From an uncultured archaeon (GTDB taxonomy: Archaea; Thermoplasmatota; Penumbrarchaeia; JASLWR01), in assembly GCA_964430885.1 (NCBI GenBank), contig CAYSHM010000003.1, positions 1 to 64,000 of the forward strand: DNA of 64,000 nt, in the 5' to 3' direction. Below are positions 10,669-19,019 of the stretch, in pieces. The notes beneath the pieces were generated by a model. It was not told the DNA's origin. It searched no databases and was given only the letters and a program-made list of their open reading frames with translations. Position numbers and translations under genes: made by a program. The first letter of the stretch is position 1, and each line of letters begins with the position of its first letter.

Positions 10669-10974
10669 CTAACTACACCTTGTCCTGCTTAAATTTTTTA
10701 AAGTCCGGAATTCTAATCATTTTATACCGTATTAATCATCAAAACACCGATATGAATTCATACCTGAACCACCGCCATGAACCTATCATATGTTATAAAT
10801 AGGTTATATCTCCAAATTACATTTGAAAGCAGAGTTTCAGTATCCCGGTATGATAAAATCTGTTTCAGCAGCCATTAGATAAGATAATAATGGTTTGAAT
10901 CACTCGATTTATCGGAAATTCTTTTATAAATCCCCAGGATTTAACCCCATAACCTCAGCATAAAGGGTATTACC

Positions 10975-11184
10975 ATGAAAGTTACTTTTATCCTTAGAAG
11001 AAAGAATGGAAAGGAAAAGGATGTACAGCTTCTAGAAGGCTCAACTTTGATGGATCTAGTGGACAAGGTCGGCTTATCCATTGACGTAACGGTTGGTTAC
11101 AGAAACGACTTAATAATTCCCTGCGATTTTATTCTCAAGGAATATGATCGAATCGTATTGAATGATATTTCCTCCAGCGGGTAA
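10975..11184 (+). CDS. ThiS/MoaD/SAMP-like ubiquitin-fold small protein with atypical C-terminus (SSSG)
   Basis: 69 aa; MKVTF...EGSTLMDLV...ILKEYDRIVL beta-grasp pattern; TTTATAAA box near 10923. Confidence 0.7.
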   Translation: MKVTFILRRKNGKEKDVQLLEGSTLMDLVDKVGLSIDVTVGYRNDLIIPCDFILKEYDRIVLNDISSSG

Positions 11185-11422
11185 ATTTTGAAATTTTATT
11201 AAAATTTAAAAAATCGATCCGATGGGAGAAAAGCTGACTATGAATGATAGGTTTTTAAACTGCAACATAGTTTCATACAAAATTTTTTATAATCAATCTA
11301 AATCTGAACGTTCAAAAATATTACAATGTAAATCTAGATGAACTAACGGTTCTTGGTTATTCAATGAACATGAATATTGTCATAGTATGGCCGGAAAATA
11401 AAAACAAAAGAGGCGCGACAAA

Positions 11423-12703
11423 ATGGCAAGAAAAGGTATAAGAGAATATGATGCAAAACGAATATTGTCAAAGGGACTTTCCGAATATTCAAACGGTAAG
11501 TTCAGCATTGATAAAAAAAGAGCATTGGTCACCCCAGATACGGACCTTTCGCTGTTGGAAAAGGACCAGAAATGGCTGCTTGACACCAAATTGGTCGTTA
11601 AACCAGATCAGCTTTTTGGAAAAAGAGGCAAAAATAACCTCCTTCTCCTTGATGCAGATTGGAAACTAGCAAAGGAATGGATCTTGGCAAGGATGAACAA
11701 AGAAACAACTATACACCAGACCACTGGCAGTACAGAAGGAATCATCACTCACTTCTTGATTGAACCCTTCGTCAAACACCAGGATGAGTACTATCTGGCG
11801 ATTGTTCAAGGAGAGAACGCTGATGAGGTACATTTCTCCACCAAAGGAGGCGTGGATATTGAATCGGTTTGGGATTCGGTGGTTACCTTCAGCGTTCCCG
11901 TACTTGACGGTATAGATAATTTGGACGTCATTGGAAAGCTGCCAGAGATGGCCCATAAGGATATTGTAGCTGATTTCATAAAGATAATGTACAAGGTATT
12001 CGATGAATACTATTTCACCTATCTTGAACTGAACCCATTCAGCGTGATGAACGATGAGATACTTTTCATAGATACCGTTGCCAAACTGGATAACACTGCC
12101 TCCTACCAATGTGCGGAGAAATGGGGTAAAGTCGACTTCCCAAAACCCTTCGGAAGCATCAAAATGCCTGAAGAAGAATATGTTGCGGATCTGGACGAGA
12201 GAACTGGGGCTTCATTGAAGTTAACCATTCTCAATCCACTGGGAAGAATATGGAATCTAGTTGCCGGCGGAGGGGCTAGTGTCATATACGCGGATACTGT
12301 GGTGGACCTGGGCGAGGCTGAAGAACTTGCCAATTACGGGGAGTACAGCGGAAATCCAACCACCGAATTGACCTACGAATACACCAAAACACTCCTTGAC
12401 CTAATGACAAGGGCCAAGGATCCCCTGAGTAGAAGCAAGTATCTTATCATCGGGGGAGGAATCGCAAACTTCACTGATGTAGCCAAAACATTTACCGGCA
12501 TAATAAAAGCCATAGAGGATTACCAGGATAAACTTAAGGAAGTGGATGCAAAGATCTTCGTAAGGCGTGGTGGACCAAATTACAAGGAGGGCTTGGCCCT
12601 AATGAGAAAATTGGGGGAGAGGACGGGAATTCCCACCGAGGTCTACGGTCCCGAAACCCATATGACCAGAATTGTAAGTTTAGCATTGAAGGGAGGTGAG
12701 TGA
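11423..12703 (+). CDS. aclB: ATP-citrate lyase, ATP-grasp (small) subunit
   Basis: VKPDQLFGKRGK, SLKLTILNPLGRIW, VAGGGASV, ANYGEYSG, IGGGIANFT, RRGGPNY. Confidence 0.93.
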   Translation: MARKGIREYDAKRILSKGLSEYSNGKFSIDKKRALVTPDTDLSLLEKDQKWLLDTKLVVKPDQLFGKRGKNNLLLLDADWKLAKEWILARMNKETTIHQTTGSTEGIITHFLIEPFVKHQDEYYLAIVQGENADEVHFSTKGGVDIESVWDSVVTFSVPVLDGIDNLDVIGKLPEMAHKDIVADFIKIMYKVFDEYYFTYLELNPFSVMNDEILFIDTVAKLDNTASYQCAEKWGKVDFPKPFGSIKMPEEEYVADLDERTGASLKLTILNPLGRIWNLVAGGGASVIYADTVVDLGEAEELANYGEYSGNPTTELTYEYTKTLLDLMTRAKDPLSRSKYLIIGGGIANFTDVAKTFTGIIKAIEDYQDKLKEVDAKIFVRRGGPNYKEGLALMRKLGERTGIPTEVYGPETHMTRIVSLALKGGE

Positions 12704-12704
12704 A

Positions 12705-14552
12705 ATGGAAGATTACGAATTGTTCGATAGGAATAGCCAGGCTTTCATATACGGAGCTCAGTTGAGGGCAATTCAGCGAATGCTGGATTTTGATTATGTC
12801 TGCAAGAGAGATAAACCTTCGGTAGCAGGCATCATTACTCCCCAGAGAGGAGGATGGGAAAAATTCTTCTGGGGAACCAAGGAGATAGTAGTTCACAGAT
12901 TCAGGAGCATTGATGGAGCTGTAAAGGCTCATCCCCATGTGGATGTTATGATCAACTTTGCTTCTGAAAGATCAGCCTATGACACCACCAAGGAAGCGTT
13001 GCTGGGAGATAATATCAGAACCATTGTAATGATAGCAGAGGGCGTTCCCGAAAAGAGGACAAGAGAACTGAGAGCACTTGCCCTTGAGAGAAAAAAATGG
13101 ATTATTGGTCCCTCTACAGTGGGTGGAATCAAAGCAGGTGCTTTCAAGATAGGGAACTCTGGCGGTACCATTGAGAACATCAAGGCGTCCAAGCTATATC
13201 GACCCGGTTCTGTTGGGTTTGTTTCTGTATCTGGCGGTTTGTCCAATGAGGGATTCAATATTTTGGCCAGAAACACCGATGGAGTTTACGAGGGCTATGC
13301 CATTGGCGGTGATTCCTATCCCGGTTCAACGCTTTTGGAGCACATGCTGAGATACGAAAAGAACCCAAAGGTCAAAATGATAGTATCCTTGGGTGAACTG
13401 GGGGGAACCTCTGAACTAGAGATCGCAGAAGCCGTGAAGAAGGGTATGATCACAAAACCTCTGGTCATGTGGGTTACTGGTACCTGTGCTAGCATGCTTC
13501 CGCAGGGAGTACAGTTCGGGCATGCAGGGGCAAAGGCCGATTCCAGCAAGGAAACCGCCCAGTATAAGAACCAGGCCCTTAGAGATGCAGGAGTTATTGT
13601 ACCTGAGTCATTCGATGACTATGATCAAAAGATCAAAGAGACCTTTGAGAAAATACTGGCTGAAGGAATAATCGAACCTGTGGATGAATTCGATCCACCG
13701 CATGTACCTATGGACTACGCCCAGGCAAAAGCTGAGGGGATTGTTAGAAAATCAACCAATTTTGTAAGCACTATATGCGATGAAACTGGCGATGTGCATA
13801 ACTACTGCGGAGTTCCCATTGATACCGTTATCAAAGAAGAATACGGAATCGGCGGTGTTTTGGGATTGATTTGGTTCAAAAAGAAATTGCCCAAATACGC
13901 ATGCGAGTTCATTGAAATGGTAATTCAGATAGTGGCTGACCATGGGCCTGCGGTTTCCGGCGCGCATAATACGATTGTAACTACTAGAGCAGGTAAAGGG
14001 CTGATAGAATCCATAATCAGCGGCATAGTAACCATAGGTCCGAGATTCGGTGGAGCTGTAAACGGCGCTGCAGAGCATTTCAGATGGGGTTTGGCACAGG
14101 GCTATAAACCTAGGGATTTCGTAACTGCTATGAAGGCCAGAAATACCAATATTCAAGGTATTGGTCACCGGATACACACCGTGGAATTCCCCGATGCGAG
14201 GGTGGATATAATGGTGGACTTTGCAAAGAAGCATTTTGCAAAAACACCTACGCTGGATTATGCCCTTGCAGTTCAGGCAGTCACAACCCAGAAGAAGAAC
14301 AATCTCATTTTAAACGTAGACGGGTGCATCGGTGTACTATGCGTTGATCTGTTGAACAGTCTGGGTTACGAGGATGAAGAGATAGGAAAAATGATCGACA
14401 TGGGTTTCTTCAACGCTCTATTCATAATTGGAAGAACAATGGGCTTCATGGGTCATTATTTCGATCAGAAGCGCTTGGAGACACGGCTCTACAGGCATCC
14501 CTGGGACGATATACTCTACGATGTCCCAGATCAACCCGAGGAAGTTAAATAA
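12705..14552 (+). CDS. aclA: ATP-citrate lyase, large subunit (SCS-alpha-like plus citryl-CoA lyase domain)
   Basis: QRMLDFD, phospho-His QFGHAGA, ADHGPAVSGAH, GIGHR, LILNVDG, LYRHPWDD. Confidence 0.93.
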   Translation: MEDYELFDRNSQAFIYGAQLRAIQRMLDFDYVCKRDKPSVAGIITPQRGGWEKFFWGTKEIVVHRFRSIDGAVKAHPHVDVMINFASERSAYDTTKEALLGDNIRTIVMIAEGVPEKRTRELRALALERKKWIIGPSTVGGIKAGAFKIGNSGGTIENIKASKLYRPGSVGFVSVSGGLSNEGFNILARNTDGVYEGYAIGGDSYPGSTLLEHMLRYEKNPKVKMIVSLGELGGTSELEIAEAVKKGMITKPLVMWVTGTCASMLPQGVQFGHAGAKADSSKETAQYKNQALRDAGVIVPESFDDYDQKIKETFEKILAEGIIEPVDEFDPPHVPMDYAQAKAEGIVRKSTNFVSTICDETGDVHNYCGVPIDTVIKEEYGIGGVLGLIWFKKKLPKYACEFIEMVIQIVADHGPAVSGAHNTIVTTRAGKGLIESIISGIVTIGPRFGGAVNGAAEHFRWGLAQGYKPRDFVTAMKARNTNIQGIGHRIHTVEFPDARVDIMVDFAKKHFAKTPTLDYALAVQAVTTQKKNNLILNVDGCIGVLCVDLLNSLGYEDEEIGKMIDMGFFNALFIIGRTMGFMGHYFDQKRLETRLYRHPWDDILYDVPDQPEEVK

Positions 14553-14624
14553 TCATTGAACTCTACTTGAAATATACTGTCTTCTAATTACAGTAGATCA
14601 AGGTTGACCTAGTTCAAAGTAAGA

Positions 14625-14668
14625 ACCTAACCGGTTGTTATGCCGGTTAGGTAATTTTTATTTTTTAA
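14625..14668. terminator. Hairpin plus T-tract between convergent aclA and DHH genes
   Basis: ACCTAACCGG-ttgttatg-CCGGTTAGGT perfect 10-bp stem followed by T-rich run. Confidence 0.7.
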
Positions 14669-14703
14669 TAATAAAATAAATAGCTTCCTGAAAAAAGGTG
14701 TGA

Positions 14704-16098
14704 TCAACGTCTCCAGGATTGAAATTCCAAAATATTCTCCAGGGTGTCCAAGAACTCTTTGAATCCTTCCTTTGGTATCGTGGCTCCCGACGCTACAGGA
14801 TGACCTCCCCCGCTGCCACCTACCTGTGATGACGATTCCGACATCGCCCTAGCAAGATCTAATCCCTTGTCCACTAGAACCTTCGTCCCCCGGGCAGATA
14901 TGTCATAGATGTCATCCTTTTCCGTAAATGAGAGCAAAGGCTTTCGTCCCTCTGTAAGATAGCGGATAGCGATCCCTGCTATTATTCCACCGTTGCCTTT
15001 ATCGGGATTGATGAAGTAGAGGAAATTACGTCGGTTTTCCATAATTGACTCGAGTTTGTTCATTGAACTCAATAAGCCCTCAACATGTTTTTTTCTGACT
15101 TCAACAGCCTCGCTCTTGAACTTCGCAGGGTTCAGAGCATAGGCCAAGGCCAAGGATGTATTCCCACCCTTCCCGCAGCTGTTTATAATATCCGACATCT
15201 CGTCTAAATATAGACCTATCCGCGGGCTGTAATACCTATCAATGGCAATTTCACGAATGTTCTCAATTCTCCGTCGGTCCTTGACCATCTTAAATGCCAG
15301 AGCGGAATTTAAACGTTTTTTATCTTCACTGCTCAGTTCATCAATGGATGAATCCAGAGAAATCCCAATAGACTCCAGAAGTTCTCTCACAGCTTCAGGT
15401 TTTCCTGATATCCCTCCGAAATACGGATCAATGGATTTTTCCAAAGCCTGAGATATGGAATCACCATAAATCGGGAGGGCCTGGATTCTCTGCAGATAGC
15501 CTGATTCAACGGCCTCATCCACTATCTTCTCATTCGCCCCTTTGAATCCTGTGATATTCTGTTTATCACCTATAGCACCGGCAATTGCAATATCAATAAG
15601 GTCAAAGTTTGTACTATCCAAGGTGAAAGAGAAGAGAAAACTCATCATGGAACCGGATAGTTCAAAGGATCCGCTCACACCATGACTGTTGCAGTTAATA
15701 TGGATGAAATCAGTTTTACCCTTCTTCACAATATGATGATCCAGAACAATTACCTTGGCCCCTGTTTCCTTCCTGAGCCTTTGGATCTGGTCCACATACC
15801 CGCTCCCCAGGTCTACGAAAATATAGAAGGACATGTTCTCTTCGATCAGATCATCTATAATTACCTTGTTTATCTTTGGAACTGTCTTAACGCGGTACAT
15901 GATCTTCGCTCTGGATAATGCTTTGGCTAGAACCGCGCCTCCGCAAAGACCATCCGCATCATTATGACAGATCACGAAAACATAACCCTTGTAATCCATC
16001 AATTCCTTGACCGCATTCTTCAACTCCATTCTCAGAGTGAAGGGTACAGGCAATGTTTCAGGCACATCCCTTGTGCGGTTGGATGTCTGCTCGGTCAT
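14704..16098 (-). CDS. RecJ-like DHH phosphoesterase (rps15-linked paralog)
   Basis: CHNDADG, DLGSG, LDHH, AGAIGD, GGGHPVASG; directly downstream of rps15. Confidence 0.9.
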   Translation of the reverse strand: MTEQTSNRTRDVPETLPVPFTLRMELKNAVKELMDYKGYVFVICHNDADGLCGGAVLAKALSRAKIMYRVKTVPKINKVIIDDLIEENMSFYIFVDLGSGYVDQIQRLRKETGAKVIVLDHHIVKKGKTDFIHINCNSHGVSGSFELSGSMMSFLFSFTLDSTNFDLIDIAIAGAIGDKQNITGFKGANEKIVDEAVESGYLQRIQALPIYGDSISQALEKSIDPYFGGISGKPEAVRELLESIGISLDSSIDELSSEDKKRLNSALAFKMVKDRRRIENIREIAIDRYYSPRIGLYLDEMSDIINSCGKGGNTSLALAYALNPAKFKSEAVEVRKKHVEGLLSSMNKLESIMENRRNFLYFINPDKGNGGIIAGIAIRYLTEGRKPLLSFTEKDDIYDISARGTKVLVDKGLDLARAMSESSSQVGGSGGGHPVASGATIPKEGFKEFLDTLENILEFQSWRR

Positions 16099-16115
16099 AT
16101 TGGCCCCTTTCAATA

Positions 16116-16571
16116 TCAGCCGACCAATAATCGGGCCCTATCCGGGGTGTACTTCCAGTCCGCCGGAAGTGTTCCCTTCTTCTTGTAGTAGCGGACCAAT
16201 CTCCGGATCTTGGCTTCCGCATTGTTCAGCTGTCTTTTATTATGGAGATCCTTGGGGTTGATCTTCATATGCTTATGAATGTTCAGAGCTTTGGTCATCA
16301 GATTGATAAGATCCTCGGGGTACTCCAGTACAATCCCGTTCTTTTTCAAAATCTTGGTTACCTTAATCTTATTGACCAGTTTGGTGGATGGAATTCCGTA
16401 TTCATCCCTTAAAATCATCCCAATCATACTTGTGGACCTACCCTGTTTATGAAGGTCCAAAATCAATTCCTCTATCTCTTCAGTTTTCATCTCCACCCAG
16501 TCGGGGAGTTCCTTACTTATTGGTCTAGTCGAGCTAGAACTACCTTTTTTTCTCGCATGCATTCGTGCCAC
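16116..16571 (-). CDS. rps15: 30S ribosomal protein uS15 (S13e/S15p)
   Basis: MARMHARKKGSSSSTRP...PEDL...KDLHNKR...KIRRLVRYYK. Confidence 0.97.
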   Translation of the reverse strand: MARMHARKKGSSSSTRPISKELPDWVEMKTEEIEELILDLHKQGRSTSMIGMILRDEYGIPSTKLVNKIKVTKILKKNGIVLEYPEDLINLMTKALNIHKHMKINPKDLHNKRQLNNAEAKIRRLVRYYKKKGTLPADWKYTPDRARLLVG

Positions 16572-16590
16572 GATATCACCTTAATTCATG

Positions 16591-16652
16591 TGACCCAAAT
16601 ACTGTGTAAACCCTTTTTAGTTCGGGTTTATTAGTATAAGGCGGAGTGGTCA
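16591..16652 (-). promoter_or_regulatory. Structured 5' leader of rps15 (candidate r-leader)
   Basis: Nested stems TGACC/GGTCA, ATACT/AGTAT and TAAACCC/GGGTTTA just upstream of the AGGTGA RBS. Confidence 0.55.
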
Positions 16653-16782
16653 ATGTAGCTATCATTAAAAAGCTTTCTCCGTATAATTATCTTTATAAAT
16701 ATCTAATACATATATGCAAATCGAGGCTAACTGCTCGATATTATTTTGTCATCTCACACTTTATTTCAGATAATGAAAACCG

Positions 16783-17334
16783 TCATCTCATTACAAAAAG
16801 ATGATATTTCTCAGATTTCGGATTCTCAATTTCAAGGGTTATCCTTTGGGTGATACATTTGATCGGGTCCGAAATAGCCGACACCCGTTCCTTGAAATCT
16901 TCAAAACTTGTAAAATCGGACTTCTTTCGTTCATTGATAATTGCCCACATTGTCTTCTTACCAATTCCGGGAAGGAGTTCAAGTGTATGATATTTACGGC
17001 TAATGGCCATTGATTTGTTGAAAAAATTTATGAAGCGGGTTTCGTGAAGCTTTACTATCTCGGCAATTACATAGGGAATCTCATTCTGGGCAGTGGAAGT
17101 TAAGTCTTCAAAACTGATACGTCGTTTGACGCGGTCGATTTTCTTCCTTTTGTCCTTATCCTTCCCAATATATACCCGTTCATCAATCCATATCTCTGCA
17201 TCTTTTTTGGGAAATAATTCCAGCAATTTGAATTCTGTATCGCCTAATCCATAAGCAAGTGGATTTCGTCCGATGTGTTTTTCCTCGTATTTACCGTAGG
17301 GCAAATAATCCAGTATATATACATAATCTTCCAT
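16783..17334 (-). CDS. DUF655 RNA-binding protein
   Basis: YILDYLPYG, FKLLEL, RVYIGK, LELLPGIGKK HhH; usual position after rpoF. Confidence 0.92.
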   Translation of the reverse strand: MEDYVYILDYLPYGKYEEKHIGRNPLAYGLGDTEFKLLELFPKKDAEIWIDERVYIGKDKDKRKKIDRVKRRISFEDLTSTAQNEIPYVIAEIVKLHETRFINFFNKSMAISRKYHTLELLPGIGKKTMWAIINERKKSDFTSFEDFKERVSAISDPIKCITQRITLEIENPKSEKYHLFVMR

Positions 17335-17420
17335 ACCGCGTCCTCCAAACCTTGTAATACAATAACTTATCAACTTATCCTATTTATGGTTTCACATATA
17401 AAGCCCGTCATTATAATTAA

Positions 17421-17756
17421 TCAAACGTACTTCTTGATAATATCCAAGATAGTTGTAATCATTTCATCAGTAGGAGATATTATTTCCTTTGAAAAAATTG
17501 CCCTTATCTCTTCTTTGGACTGCGGTAATATTTCAGCCACCTTATGGGCTTGAAAATTATTGATCCTTTCTATCTTCTTGATCTCATCTATAATCGATCG
17601 AATATCTTTTTCCGGAAGAACAGTAAACTCGCTCACATACTCCAGCAATTCCTGCATCTCATGTGTTAATTCACCCTCTTCCTTCTCATCCAATAACCTT
17701 TTCTTTATGAGGGGCAAGGTCACAAATACCTCTTCATCATACTCCATACTAACCAC
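17421..17756 (-). CDS. rpoF: RNA polymerase subunit Rpo4/RpoF
   Basis: FVTLPLIK...ELTHEMQELLEY...KVAEILPQSKEEIRAIF; eL21-rpoF-DUF655 synteny. Confidence 0.9.
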   Translation of the reverse strand: MVSMEYDEEVFVTLPLIKKRLLDEKEEGELTHEMQELLEYVSEFTVLPEKDIRSIIDEIKKIERINNFQAHKVAEILPQSKEEIRAIFSKEIISPTDEMITTILDIIKKYV

Positions 17757-18005
17757 TGTTCATTCCACCTATATTTTTTTTCATTTGTAATTTATTAATA
17801 ACTATCTTCAATATTACCTTCAATTCGATTATCCTTGTGATTCATCTGAATAAATGATAAATGTGATTTAAAGTTAATTTCCAATTTTCGCTCCTAAATA
17901 ATATAAAATTCTAATCCTGATCAATTTTCCGAAAAATTATCACTTATTTCAAAGGCCGAACAAGAGAAGAATAAATCAAGGGAAATCTGTTGAACCCTTC
18001 GCATC

Positions 18006-18593
18006 TCATTCTATTATTTCGAATGTTGGAGCCGCGGGTTTCTTTGCTTCCTTTTCATCTTTCTTCTTAGATTCTTGCTTTTTCCCAGCATCAACTTCAG
18101 GCTTCTTCTTTTTGGATGCCGGTTTTTTCTTCTCTTCCTTTAGAGCAGGTTTTTTAACGGGTTTCTCCTTTTTAATGCTCTTTTCAGCAGACTTTTTTGG
18201 TTTGGCCTTCGCAACCTTCTTTTTCATAGCGCCTAGAGTGTGTTTGCGTTCCCTCTTGATCCTGGCCTTATCCCTCCATTCCCTAGCAACCTTTTTCTCA
18301 GGATTAAATGCATTCAAATGCCAAGGGAGGATTACTAGATTTTTATCTTTCTTCCCTTCGACAATATGTACAATATAGGCCTCCCCCTGCATCCCTTTTA
18401 CAGTACCAGTATAACCATGGAACCTGTGATGAGGCTGTCCTTTTTGAATTGCAGGATTGATTTTTATGTTTACTTTTCTTCCTACTTCAAATTTCTGCAT
18501 AGCAAAGGCAATGGGTGTTTTACCCCTGTTGCGTTTATTCACCCTAAATTTTTGCCTGGTCTTCTTTCTCGGTCCCTTTGAACGTCTTGTCAT
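18006..18593 (-). CDS. rpl21e: 50S ribosomal protein eL21 with long Lys-rich C-terminal extension
   Basis: SKGPRKKTR, KGQPHHRFHGYTG, core ends at WHL. Confidence 0.93.
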   Translation of the reverse strand: MTRRSKGPRKKTRQKFRVNKRNRGKTPIAFAMQKFEVGRKVNIKINPAIQKGQPHHRFHGYTGTVKGMQGEAYIVHIVEGKKDKNLVILPWHLNAFNPEKKVAREWRDKARIKRERKHTLGAMKKKVAKAKPKKSAEKSIKKEKPVKKPALKEEKKKPASKKKKPEVDAGKKQESKKKDEKEAKKPAAPTFEIIE

Positions 18594-18756
18594 ATTATCA
18601 TCACCTATTATGAACTCTGATCATTATCAATTTAGTTTAGGTCGACACCTATTTCTTAGTTATTATTCAGTGTGCAGATATTGCTGTGCCAATACACGGG
18701 GATTCAACCCACATTCTCCTTTTTATTCCAGTTATTGAAGTGCAATGATCTGAAAG

Positions 18757-18828
18757 TGGAGAGGGAGGGATTTGAACCCCCATAAACACGATCTGCAGTC
18801 GTGCACATTGCCGCTCTGTCACCTCTCC
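18757..18828 (-). tRNA. tRNA-Cys(GCA)
   Basis: GGAGAGG/CCTCTCC acceptor, CACGA-CTGCAGA-TCGTG anticodon arm, GGTTCAAATCC T arm; discriminator A; CCA not encoded. Confidence 0.92.
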
Positions 18829-19019
18829 ACAACGGTACCTATTGCTATCTTTGGTCATAACAATAGTATATCCACTGTTTGCACATCTTTTATGTTTTTC
18901 AATGGGGGAATGAAATGATATTATATCTAATTTATTCCCTTTTTCGACAGCACACACAATATATAAGGATATTATCAGACTAGCTTACTAGCATGATCAT
19001 TTACCGAAATATAGTATTA

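Noticed and set aside
10817-14573. Scattered mini-ORB-like words (TTACATTTGAAAG, TCTACTTGAAAT)
   Set aside because: Not clustered, no cdc6/orc1 nearby, expected by chance in AT-rich spacers
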